In this document: positions 27,156 to 35,999 of the stretch, piece after piece
Layout of the letters: each line of letters opens with the position of its first letter
Numbering within the stretch: the first letter of the stretch is position 1
Source: Planctomycetota bacterium
Lineage (GTDB): Bacteria > Planctomycetota > B15-G4
Assembly (NCBI GenBank): GCA_038212275.1
Contig: JBBQUR010000005.1
Coordinates: 64,001-128,000 of the forward strand
Direction of reading: 5' to 3'
DNA length: 64,000 nt
The notes under the pieces: model-generated
What the model was told of the DNA's origin: nothing
Databases searched by the model: none
The model's input: the letters and a program-made list of their open reading frames with translations, nothing else
Translations under genes and position numbers: made by a program

Positions 27156-29462
27156 TCAGTGCTGCAGCGCCGCGCGCAGGCAGGCCAGCAGTTCCTGGGG
27201 CGGGCTGGGCTTGCGCAAGAAGCCCGTCAGGCCGTGGCCTGCGAAGCGCTGCGTGGCATCCTGTTCGCTGTAACCGCTGGTCAGGATGATGCGCACGTCG
27301 GGAGCGATGTCCCGGAGTTGCCGGAAGGTCTCCTCGCCGCTGAGGCGCGGCATCGTCAGGTCGAGCACCACGGCGACGATGTCGGCACGGTGCTCCCGGA
27401 AACGCTCGATGGCGGCGAGGCCGTCGGGCGCCGTGAGCACGGAAAAGCCGCCAAACTCCAGCACGCTGCGCGTGACGTCCCGCACCAGCTCCTCGTCGTC
27501 CACGACGAGGACACAGCCGGCGCCGCGCCACGCGGCGGTTGGTGAGGCTGGCTTTGGTGGCGTGGCCGGAATCCGTCCGGGACCATCGGCGGGAGGCGCC
27601 TCGTCGGCAGTCCCGCGGGGCGTTTTCCCGGCGGGCGATGCCGGCACCTGCACGTGCACCTGCACCGGCACCGGCACCGGCACCGGCACCGGCACCGGCA
27701 CCGGCGCAGGTAGCGTCGCAGGTAGCGGCGCAGGTAGCGGCGCAGGTAGCTGCACAGGTAGCGGCGGCAGCAGGATGCGCATCGTGGTGCCGCGCCCGAC
27801 CACGCTGTCGACGCGGATCGTGCCGTGGTGGCTGCGCAGGATGCCGAGCACCGCGGCGAGCCCGAGCCCGCGGCCCGGAAACTTGGTCGAGTAGAACGGT
27901 TCGAAGAGCCGCGCCTTCGTCGTGTCGTCCATGCCGCAGCCCGTGTCGGCCACGTCGATGAAGACGTAAGTGCCCGGCGCGAGCTTCTCCTGCGCTGCGG
28001 TGCCGGCGAGGTACTCGGCATCTGCCTGCATGACGCCGGTCGTCACGACGATGGTGCCGTCGCGCTCGCCGAGCGCGTCCGAGGCGTTGGTGATGAGGTT
28101 CATGATCACCTGGCGAAGCTGCGTGGCATCGCCCTCGACGCACGGCAGGCCCGGGGCTGCATGCACGCGGAGCGTGGCCCGCTTCGAGATCACGGCCGAC
28201 AGCAGTTGTCCCAGTTCCTCGGCCAGCGGCGAGACATCGAGGCTTTCCACGACGAACTTGCCGTGGCCCGAATAGGCGAGCATCTGCCGCGCGAGGCCTG
28301 CAGCGCGCTGCGCGGCGCGGCACACGCCCTCGACGGCGCTTCGGCCCGGCGCGTCGGGCGGCAGTTCCAGGAGCGCCAGCCCGGCGTTGCCGAGGATGCC
28401 GACGAGCAGGTTGTTGAAGTCGTGCGCGATGCCGCCGGCCAGCACGCCGAGGCTCTCGAGCTTCTGCGCCTGCAGCATCCGCGCGTGCATCTCCTCGCGC
28501 TCCGCTTCGACGCGCTTGCGCTCGGTGATGTCCTTGGCGGTGCCGGTGGTGCCTGCGATGCGGCCTTCGACGTCACGCAGGACGATCGCATTGAAGCTCA
28601 GATGGATCGGCGTGCCGTCCTTGTGCAGGTGGATGGTCTCGTACTCGAAGTATTTCTCGCCGGCGAGGATGCGATTGAAGACCGCGAGATCCCTGGCGCT
28701 CATCTCTTCCGTCTGCAGGTCCGTGAAGAGGTGGCCGATCAGTTCGGCCGGCTCGCGCCCGTAGATGCGCAGCGTCGCGGCACGATTCACGAAGGTCCAG
28801 CGTCCCTCCGCGTCGGTGGACCAGATCAGGTCCTGCGAGGTCTCGACGAGGTCGCGGTAGCGGCGCTCGCTCTCGGCAAGCGCGACGTCCGCGCGCTGGA
28901 CATCGCCCCGGTGCTGCAGGACATAGGCCTGGGCGCTGCGCTTCTCCGTGATGTCATCGACCAGCGCGATGGCGCCCAGGTAGTTGCCGGCCGCGTCCAT
29001 GGTCGGTGCCGCGCGGACGCGCGTGATGATGCGCCGGCCGTCGCGGCGCACGAACTCGAAGTCGTGCTCTTCCGCGATGCCCCGACGTCGCCTCTCGAGG
29101 ATCTCATGGCACACGGCGGTGCCGCGCTCGTCCAGATAGTCGAACAGCGAGGTGCCGGTCATGGCCTCGGCAGTCGTGCCGAGCATCTCGGCCATTCGCG
29201 CATTGGCGTAGGTCGTCCGCTGTTCGGCGTCGATCGCCCACAGGCCTTCGCGGGAGGTTTCGGCGAACATCTTGTGCCAGCCGTCCTGCGCGCGGGCGCG
29301 CTGGCGCTCGGCTTCCAGCTCGGCGATGCGGGCGCGCAGTGCGGCCACCGTCGCTTCACTTGGCGCTTCACTTGGCGCTTGGTGTGGCGCTTGGTGTGGC
29401 GCGTCGTGTGGCGCGTCGTGTGGCGCGTCCTGTCGGGCGTCGAGCTTGTCCTGCCGGCTCAT
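27156..29462 (-). CDS. Cytoplasmic PAS-PAS hybrid sensor histidine kinase/response regulator
   Basis: Two PAS domains; H-box GGIAHDFNNLL; NLITNA, DTGCGM, GRGLGL; receiver LVVDDE...LDLTMP...KP. Confidence 0.95.
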   Translation of the reverse strand: MSRQDKLDARQDAPHDAPHDAPHQAPHQAPSEAPSEATVAALRARIAELEAERQRARAQDGWHKMFAETSREGLWAIDAEQRTTYANARMAEMLGTTAEAMTGTSLFDYLDERGTAVCHEILERRRRGIAEEHDFEFVRRDGRRIITRVRAAPTMDAAGNYLGAIALVDDITEKRSAQAYVLQHRGDVQRADVALAESERRYRDLVETSQDLIWSTDAEGRWTFVNRAATLRIYGREPAELIGHLFTDLQTEEMSARDLAVFNRILAGEKYFEYETIHLHKDGTPIHLSFNAIVLRDVEGRIAGTTGTAKDITERKRVEAEREEMHARMLQAQKLESLGVLAGGIAHDFNNLLVGILGNAGLALLELPPDAPGRSAVEGVCRAAQRAAGLARQMLAYSGHGKFVVESLDVSPLAEELGQLLSAVISKRATLRVHAAPGLPCVEGDATQLRQVIMNLITNASDALGERDGTIVVTTGVMQADAEYLAGTAAQEKLAPGTYVFIDVADTGCGMDDTTKARLFEPFYSTKFPGRGLGLAAVLGILRSHHGTIRVDSVVGRGTTMRILLPPLPVQLPAPLPAPLPATLPAPVPVPVPVPVPVPVQVHVQVPASPAGKTPRGTADEAPPADGPGRIPATPPKPASPTAAWRGAGCVLVVDDEELVRDVTRSVLEFGGFSVLTAPDGLAAIERFREHRADIVAVVLDLTMPRLSGEETFRQLRDIAPDVRIILTSGYSEQDATQRFAGHGLTGFLRKPSPPQELLACLRAALQH
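27644..27767. repeat. 6-bp and 12-bp coding tandem repeats (PV)n / (LPAP)n linker
   Basis: (GGCACC)n followed by GCAGGTAGCGGC-type units, located between the HATPase and receiver domains. Confidence 0.88.
29352..29435. repeat. 12-bp coding tandem repeat with AABBCCD pattern
   Basis: CGCTTCACTTGG x2, CGCTTGGTGTGG x2, CGCGTCGTGTGG x2, CGCGTCCTGTCG. Confidence 0.9.
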
Positions 29463-29502
29463 GCCGTGTCCCTGCGAGTCCGGGCGTGACGAGCCCGCCA
29501 GC

Positions 29503-30228
29503 TTACCGCAGGCTTGTCGCTCCGAGTTCCTTCAGGCGGGCGTGTGCCTCTCCAGCGGGCGTGGGCGGGCGGTTGTTGCGCGCATCCATGGAGTGCGCGA
29601 CGAACACGTCGAGCCAGGCGTCGAGTGCCTGCGCGGCGAGCTCCTCGCCGGCCAGGTGCAGGCACAGCGCGGCCACCTCCGCCGTGCACAGGTGTTCGGC
29701 GCGTTTCGCGCGGCGGAGCCGGTAGCGCGAGACGTGCTCCGGCTGGAGGCCGAGCACCGGCAGGCCGTCGAGGTACGGGCTCTTGCGGAACATCCAGCGC
29801 GCCTGCGGCCAGGTCGCGTCGAGAAGCACGAAGAGCGGGCGCCGGCCGTCGGCAGGCGCCACGCGGTCGACGCGGCGCTCGGGTGCCGCATACTCGGCGG
29901 GGAACACGACGAAGGGTTGCCATTGCGGATCGGCAAGCAGCACCGGCAGCCGGCTGTCCACTTCGGTGCGCGCCCAGGAGAAGGCCTGCGTGTCGGCCAC
30001 CAGGTCGGCGATCAACCAGCCGGTGTTCGTGGGCTTGAGCGGCTCGGTGTCGTGCATGAGCAGGCAGACGCCGGCGCGCGTCGGCACGCTGGGGCGCCAG
30101 GCGCACACGCAATGCGTGAGCTGCACGCGACAGTCGGGGCAGCGTTCGCAGCGGGCGCCGCGCGCGTACATCACCTTGGTGCTGCGCGCCAGCCGCTCGG
30201 CGCGCAGGCGGGACACGGCATGGGTCAT
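29503..30228 (-). CDS. tapT: tRNA-uridine aminocarboxypropyltransferase (DTW domain, YfiP/TapT)
   Basis: RCPDC...CVC zinc motif, HDTEPLKPTNTG, LDATW (DTW motif), LCTAE; start overlaps the upstream stop. Confidence 0.9.
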   Translation of the reverse strand: MTHAVSRLRAERLARSTKVMYARGARCERCPDCRVQLTHCVCAWRPSVPTRAGVCLLMHDTEPLKPTNTGWLIADLVADTQAFSWARTEVDSRLPVLLADPQWQPFVVFPAEYAAPERRVDRVAPADGRRPLFVLLDATWPQARWMFRKSPYLDGLPVLGLQPEHVSRYRLRRAKRAEHLCTAEVAALCLHLAGEELAAQALDAWLDVFVAHSMDARNNRPPTPAGEAHARLKELGATSLR

Positions 30229-31049
30229 GCCGGAACCGCGGCATCGGACGCGGCGCGTTCCGCAGCGGCGGCCGGCGACGCGGAGAGCTGCGAGAGGACC
30301 GCGTCCCACAACTGCAGGCGCGACTGCAACGCGGTGCGCGCGGCGCGCTCGGCGACGGCCCACGCGGACGCGTCGTCGCCGCAGAGTCGCGCCATGAGCG
30401 CGTGCGCTGCGGGGCGGTGGTTCTCGCCGTCGCGCTCGATGTGCCGTTCGAGGTAGTAGCGGAAGCGGCCCCATGCGGCGGGGGAGTGCTGCGCAAGCGA
30501 GCCGACGAGCTTTCCGAACATCTCGGGGATCACGTCTTCGCGCCCCCAGGTGAAGGTGGCGGCCAGCTCGATCAGGCCGGCATGGCGCGCCACGCGCAGC
30601 GACTCGCCCGTGAACGCCGCGACGCCCGGCGGCAGGTTGCGCCGCGCCAGGGCGCGGTCGAGTGCGGTCTCTTCCGCCGCGGCGAGTCGGAGCTCCGCGA
30701 GGAATCCGTCGATCGGCGCGGTGTCGGCGCCCGCGTCGGCCATCGCCAGTCGGTACAGCTCGAAGTGCGAGAGGTGGCCGCCGTCGGGAGCGAGATCGCT
30801 TTCCTCGTCAAGCACGATCTCGTTGATGAGGCGCCGCGCCGCAGGGTCCGGCGTCGGCAGCCACGGGACGTCCACGCAGGTGAGCTGACGCTGCAGCGCC
30901 TTGAGCAGGCACTGGAAGTCCCAGACGCAGAAGACGTGCGTCGACATGAGCACGCGCAGCGAGCGCTCGTCGCGCACGGCGGCATAGAGCGGGTGCGCGA
31001 GCAGCTGCGCCACGAGGCCGGACGTGTCCACGGTGCGGGGCGTCTTCAT
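30225..31049 (-). CDS. DUF3050 family protein (heme-oxygenase-like fold)
   Basis: HPLY, HVFCVWDF..LLKALQ, RLINEIVLDEESD, SHFELY, GREDVIPEMF, YYLERHIERDGENH. Confidence 0.88.
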   Translation of the reverse strand: MKTPRTVDTSGLVAQLLAHPLYAAVRDERSLRVLMSTHVFCVWDFQCLLKALQRQLTCVDVPWLPTPDPAARRLINEIVLDEESDLAPDGGHLSHFELYRLAMADAGADTAPIDGFLAELRLAAAEETALDRALARRNLPPGVAAFTGESLRVARHAGLIELAATFTWGREDVIPEMFGKLVGSLAQHSPAAWGRFRYYLERHIERDGENHRPAAHALMARLCGDDASAWAVAERAARTALQSRLQLWDAVLSQLSASPAAAAERAASDAAVPA

Positions 31050-31117
31050 GAGCCGCGGATGCTAGCGCGATGGGCCGTGCATGCAAGAGCCGCTGCGCGA
31101 AGGGCCTCGGCCCACCG

Positions 31118-32641
31118 TCATCCGGAGAGCAGCGTCCAGATCGCGCCGGCGGCGGCGCACGTGCCCAGAACCTTCAGCATGCCGAGCTTCCAGCGGAATG
31201 TGGCCAGCAGCGCGAACGCGGAGAGGGCCAGAGCGGCAACGTCCAGTGTCGCGACGTCGGGCACGAAGAGGCGCATCGGGCCCAGCTGTCGCGTGTCCAC
31301 GACCGCGAACAAGACGTGCAGCGAGAACCAGACGGCGAGGTTGAGCACGACGCCGACAACCGCTGCGGTGATCGCGGAGAGCGCAGCCGAGAGCGCGCGT
31401 TGCCCGCGCAGCGCCTCGATCCACGGCGCGCCGAGGAAGATCCACAGAAAGCACGGGACGAATGTGACCCAGGTGGTGAGCAGGCCGCCCAGCGCGCCGG
31501 CGAGCATGGGCGGGAGGCTGCCCGGCGCGCGGAACGCCGCGAGGAATCCGACGAACTGCACCACCATGATGAGCGGCCCGGGCGTCGTCTCCGCAAGCCC
31601 GAGGCCCTGCAGCATTTCGCCAGGCGTCATCCAGTGGAAGCGCTCCACCGCCTGCTGTGCGACATAGGGGAGCACCGCGTAAGCGCCGCCGAAGGTCACG
31701 ACTGCCGCGCGGCTGAAGAAGGAGCCGATCTGCGAGTACACGTTGTCCGCACCGTGAATCCACGTGAGTGCGGCCACGGGACCGAGCCAGAGCAGCAGGC
31801 ACGTGGCGGACACGCGCAGCGCGCGCGCCACCGACGGCCGCGTGTGCTCCGGCACGTGGCTGTCCAGCCAGGCGCCGACCGAGGGGTGCGCGTTGCTGTC
31901 AGCCGCCGATGCGGGCGGCGGCGCCGGCAACGGAGCCTGTGCCGACGCCTGGCCATCCGGCGCGCGAAAGGCACGTGCAGCATGCGGCGCCGCGGGTGCT
32001 GCGTGCGGTGCTGTCGGCGCGAAGACCTGCGGCCAGAGTGTCGCACCGAGCAGGCCGGTAGCCCCGGCGCCCAGCACAATGAGCGGGAAGGGCACGTCGA
32101 AGAAGAAGATGAGCGCGAAGGCCAGCACCGCGAGACCGGCCATGACGCGGTTCTTCAGGGCGCGCCGGCCGATGCGGAGCACGGCCTCGATCACGATCGC
32201 GAGCACCGCGGCCTTCAGCCCGAAGAACAGCCCGCTCACGACGGTGATCGCGCCCCAGCCGGCGTAGAGGATGGAGAGCAGCAGCATGGCGAGCATGCCG
32301 GGCAGGACGAAAAGCGTGCCCGCCACCAGCCCGCCCGGCGTGCCGTGCAGCAACCACCCGATGTACACCGCAAGCTGCTGCGCCTCCGGTCCGGGCAGCA
32401 GCATGCAGTAGTTGAGCGCATGCAGGAATCGCTCCTCGGAGACCCAGCGCTGCTCCTCGACGAGCACGCGGTGCATGAGCGCGATCTGCCCGGCCGGCCC
32501 GCCGAAGCCTTTGAGTCCGATGGCCAGCCAGGTGCGCACGCCCTCGCGGAACGGGACGCCGTGCGATGGCGACACGCCCGGCGCCGGGGAGGACTGCGGC
32601 GGCACGGCGGGCTGCGCGGGGAGGTCGTTCGTGCCGTTCAT
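31118..32641 (-). CDS. chrA: Chromate efflux transporter (long-chain CHR)
   Basis: GFGGPAGQIA, LLPGPEAQQLA, TFGGAYAVL, ETTPGPLIMV duplicated CHR motifs. Confidence 0.94.
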   Translation of the reverse strand: MNGTNDLPAQPAVPPQSSPAPGVSPSHGVPFREGVRTWLAIGLKGFGGPAGQIALMHRVLVEEQRWVSEERFLHALNYCMLLPGPEAQQLAVYIGWLLHGTPGGLVAGTLFVLPGMLAMLLLSILYAGWGAITVVSGLFFGLKAAVLAIVIEAVLRIGRRALKNRVMAGLAVLAFALIFFFDVPFPLIVLGAGATGLLGATLWPQVFAPTAPHAAPAAPHAARAFRAPDGQASAQAPLPAPPPASAADSNAHPSVGAWLDSHVPEHTRPSVARALRVSATCLLLWLGPVAALTWIHGADNVYSQIGSFFSRAAVVTFGGAYAVLPYVAQQAVERFHWMTPGEMLQGLGLAETTPGPLIMVVQFVGFLAAFRAPGSLPPMLAGALGGLLTTWVTFVPCFLWIFLGAPWIEALRGQRALSAALSAITAAVVGVVLNLAVWFSLHVLFAVVDTRQLGPMRLFVPDVATLDVAALALSAFALLATFRWKLGMLKVLGTCAAAGAIWTLLSG

Positions 32642-32814
32642 CGCGCGATGCTCTGTATCACGCCCCGCCTCGTGCCTGAAGCGCGGCTGACGCGACAGGT
32701 CTGTCCGCACGCTGCGAGCGGGAGCCCATCCGTCGCGAAGACAGCGCAGGCATGGTTCCGTTTCCGGCGAGGTCGCGCTATGTTCCTGCGGCCACCGGTT
32801 CAGGAGAGACTCCC

Positions 32815-33726
32815 ATGCGCTCCCCGCGCGAAGCGGTCCTGCTGGCGCTTGCGCTGCTGCTGCAGGCGTGCAGCGCGACGCGTGCCTACGAGGGGCCCGT
32901 CCGCCCGAAGGAGGAGCTGGCGCGCATCACGACGTCACCGGACAGCGTGAGCGACGTGGTCGACATCATCGGCCGCGGACTCACCTTCGACAGCCTCTGT
33001 CGCGTGAGACTCGTGGGCGTGGACGACGTCGAGGACTTCGACGACTTCAGCGACGGCAGCGTCGAGGTGCTGCCCGGCCACCACAGCGTGCGCGCCACAC
33101 TGACGGCGCGGATCGGATGGACGTGGACCCGACATCCCGCGTTCGTCGCGAGCTTCGATGCGCAGGCCGGGCATGAATACAAGCTGCAGGGGCGCGCGTC
33201 ATCTCTCACCGGCGAGGTCGGCTTCGATGTCCGTGACGTGGGCGACGACCTCATCGTGGCCAGCAGCGATCTGGGGCCGCAGGAGTGCGTCACGGCCAGG
33301 ATCGAGTGGGACGGCCGGCACTGGATCGAAGCCGACTGGGGCCATCTCGCGGCGGTGACCACCGCGACATACGTGCCGTCGGGCGACGTGCTCTCGCGTT
33401 GGAGTGAGCTCGTGGAGCTGCAGTATCGGCCCTCCCGGGGGCCCGTCGATGTCGAGGCGGTGATGTGGGACTGGTTGAAGGAGCAGGCGCTGGCCGGGGC
33501 CCCTGCCACGCTGACGCGGATCGAACGGGAGCCGGGATGGATCGCGACGCAGCTCAGCATCGGCGAGCCCGGCGACGGCCTCGAGCAGGGCGTGATCTGC
33601 TTCCGCGCGGGGCCGGACGGCTGCCATCTGCTGCTGCATCTGGTGCGCGGCAGGATCGACCCGACGGTCGTCGCGGACTGGATCGCGCGCTTCAAGGCCG
33701 CGGAGTTGCGCCCGACGGCGGCCTGA
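32815..33726 (+). CDS. Hypothetical lipoprotein
   Basis: AGGAGA RBS; lipobox LQAC followed by YEGPVRP. Confidence 0.72.
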   Translation: MRSPREAVLLALALLLQACSATRAYEGPVRPKEELARITTSPDSVSDVVDIIGRGLTFDSLCRVRLVGVDDVEDFDDFSDGSVEVLPGHHSVRATLTARIGWTWTRHPAFVASFDAQAGHEYKLQGRASSLTGEVGFDVRDVGDDLIVASSDLGPQECVTARIEWDGRHWIEADWGHLAAVTTATYVPSGDVLSRWSELVELQYRPSRGPVDVEAVMWDWLKEQALAGAPATLTRIEREPGWIATQLSIGEPGDGLEQGVICFRAGPDGCHLLLHLVRGRIDPTVVADWIARFKAAELRPTAA

Positions 33727-33780
33727 GCGGGCTCGCCGGTCCGCACGAGGGCCTCGCTTGCCCGTCACGGCGCCCTCTGC

Positions 33781-33806
33781 CTAGACTAAGCCTCCGCTTA
33801 GTCAAG
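33781..33806 (+). promoter_or_regulatory. Palindromic operator overlapping a TAGACT -10-like element upstream of the mod operon
   Basis: CTAGACTAAGC-ctcc-GCTTAGTCAAG: perfect 8-bp arms (10/11 extended), AT-rich against the background, ending 17 nt before the GTG. Confidence 0.7.
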
Positions 33807-33823
33807 CCAGGAGCACTGCGCGC

Positions 33824-34381
33824 GTGAACATCGGACGCATCCGTCGCCATGCCGGCCTCACGCAGGTGCGGCTCGCGCGGCTGCTCGGCGTGCACCCGAT
33901 CACGGTGAGCAAGTGGGAGCGCGGCCTGCTTGCTCCCAATGCGCATCAGTCGGCGCTGCTGCGCGCGCTGGACAGCGGCACCTCGGCGGACGGCACGCCA
34001 CCCGGCACGGCGGACGGCACAGCAGCAGGCACAGCAGCCGGCACAGCACCTGGCACGGCACGTGGCACAGCCTTCGGCACGGCACCCCGCACATCGGCCG
34101 TGCTGGACCTCGCCGAGGAACTGGCGGGCCACCTCAATCGCGCCTTCATCGAAGCCACGGAGATCGACGGCATGCAGCTCAGCGCCAGCAACCTGCTCAA
34201 GGGAAAGATCGTCCAGCTCGACGAAGGGCCGGTCAGCACGCGCGTCGTGCTGCAGGTCGCGCCGCGCGTGAGGCTCACGTCCACGATCACGACGGCGTCC
34301 GCCCGACGCTTGAAGCTCCGGGTCGGAGCCCGCGTCACCGCGATCGTCAAGGCCTCCGACGTGATCCTCGGCGTCGCATGA
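33824..34381 (+). CDS. XRE-family HTH-TOBE (Mop) molybdate-responsive regulator
   Basis: IRRHAGLTQVRLARLLGVHPITVSKWERG (XRE); GTxx repeat linker; MQLSASNLLKGKI...ITTASARRLKL...IVKASDV (Mop/TOBE). Confidence 0.85.
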   Translation: MNIGRIRRHAGLTQVRLARLLGVHPITVSKWERGLLAPNAHQSALLRALDSGTSADGTPPGTADGTAAGTAAGTAPGTARGTAFGTAPRTSAVLDLAEELAGHLNRAFIEATEIDGMQLSASNLLKGKIVQLDEGPVSTRVVLQVAPRVRLTSTITTASARRLKLRVGARVTAIVKASDVILGVA

Positions 34382-35238
34382 GCGCACCGCGTGTCCGCTT
34401 CGGCCTGCCGATGTCGCTGCTGTCTCTGGCGTCACTCGCATGGCTGGCTGCTGCGTGCGGGCGGGTGCCCTCGACGTCGGCCGTCGATGCCGCGTCGAAG
34501 CATCCGCATCCGACGCTGACGGTCCGCTCACCGGCGACCATCCGCGTTGCCGCGGCGTCGTCGCTTCGGGACGTGCTCGAGACGGCCGCCGAGGTCTACT
34601 CGCACTCCGAGTCCGAGGGCGCGGGGATGAAGTTCTCCTTCGACGCATCCTCCACGCTGGCGCGGCAGATCCAGGAAGGCGCGCCTTTCGACGTCTTTCT
34701 CTCCGCGGACGAGGGCACGATGGATCGCGTCGCCGACCGCATCGTGCCGGGGACGCGGCGGGTGTTTCTCTCGAACCGGCTCGCGCTTGCCGGCCGCGCG
34801 GGCTGGGCGCCGGCGCCTGTGACTCCCGGGCAACTCGCCACGGATCCGGCCCTTGCAGGCGCGCGACTCGCGCTGCCGGGGGCGGCCGTGCCCGCGGGCC
34901 GCTACTGGCGCGAGTGGATGACGACGCATGGCGTGCTGGCGGCGATCGAACCGCGTTGCGTCGTGTCCGACAGCGTGCGCGCCGCGCTCGCGCTGGTGGA
35001 GGCCGGGTCCGTCGATGCGGCCTTCGTCTATGCCACCGACATCGCCTCGACGTCCGGGCGCGTGACGCTGCTCAGCGAGCTTCCCGCGACCGAGGGGCCG
35101 GCGATCGCCTACGTGGCCGCGCAACTCCGCGACGGCGACCGCGACGCCGCCTCCGAAGCCGACACCTTCGTGCGCTGGCTGGGCGGCGACGACTTCCGCA
35201 GGCTCGCGCTGGCGGCAGGGTTCTCGGCCCCGCCGTGA
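34378..35238 (+). CDS. modA: Molybdate ABC transporter substrate-binding lipoprotein
   Basis: Lipobox LAAAC; AAASSL, ASSTLARQIQEGAPFDVFLSAD, VPAGRY, VYATD; ATGA-coupled to the regulator. Confidence 0.92.
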   Translation: MSAPRVRFGLPMSLLSLASLAWLAAACGRVPSTSAVDAASKHPHPTLTVRSPATIRVAAASSLRDVLETAAEVYSHSESEGAGMKFSFDASSTLARQIQEGAPFDVFLSADEGTMDRVADRIVPGTRRVFLSNRLALAGRAGWAPAPVTPGQLATDPALAGARLALPGAAVPAGRYWREWMTTHGVLAAIEPRCVVSDSVRAALALVEAGSVDAAFVYATDIASTSGRVTLLSELPATEGPAIAYVAAQLRDGDRDAASEADTFVRWLGGDDFRRLALAAGFSAPP

Positions 35239-35999
35239 GCGCGCCCGCGGATTCCGCCGCCGACGTGCTGGACATCGCGCTGCTCACGCTGCGCGTCGGG
35301 CTGTTGTCCACGGCGCTCATCCTGCTGCCCGGCGTCGCGCTGGGCTGGGTGCTGGCGCGTTGCGAGTTCCGCGGACGGACGCTCGTGCAGACGCTGGTCG
35401 CGCTGCCGATGGTGCTGCCGCCCGTCGCCGTCGGACTTGCGCTGCTGCTGCTGCTGTCGCGGCGCTTCGCCTTCGGGCGCGCGCTCGAGGATCTGCTCGG
35501 CGGGCCGGTGTTGCTCACGTGGTGGGCTGCGGCGCTGGCCTCGGCGGTCATGTCCTTTCCGCTGCTCGTGCGCGGTGCGGAGCAGGGCTTCGCCGCCGTC
35601 CCCCGTCGGCTGGAGCAGGTGGCGCGCACGCTGGGCGCCTCGCGCGTCACGGTGTTCCGCCGCGTGACGCTGCCGCTTGCAGCGCGAGGCATCCTCTACG
35701 GCATCGTCTTCGCCTTCGCGCGCGGCCTCGGCGAGTTCGGCGCGACGACGATCGTCGCGGGCAACATGCCCGGCCGCACGGAGACGCTGGCGCTCGGCAT
35801 GTATGCGCGCATCGAGAACTTCCGCGACGGCGACGCGCTGGTGCTGGCCGGCATCTCGGTGGTGCTCGCCTTCGGCATCACCTGGTGTGCCGAGCTCTTC
35901 CTGCGCCGCGGCGCAGGGCACTCGGGCGGCGGGACACCGCGAGCGAAATCGGGGCTGAGCGCTGCGCAGGGGCTGCCGGCGCGAGGGCCGCTGCGATGA
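35235..35999 (+). CDS. modB: Molybdate ABC transporter permease
   Basis: LPMVLPPVAVG, ARTLGAS, FARGLGEFGAT, GNMPGRTET. Confidence 0.94.
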   Translation: MSAPADSAADVLDIALLTLRVGLLSTALILLPGVALGWVLARCEFRGRTLVQTLVALPMVLPPVAVGLALLLLLSRRFAFGRALEDLLGGPVLLTWWAAALASAVMSFPLLVRGAEQGFAAVPRRLEQVARTLGASRVTVFRRVTLPLAARGILYGIVFAFARGLGEFGATTIVAGNMPGRTETLALGMYARIENFRDGDALVLAGISVVLAFGITWCAELFLRRGAGHSGGGTPRAKSGLSAAQGLPARGPLR

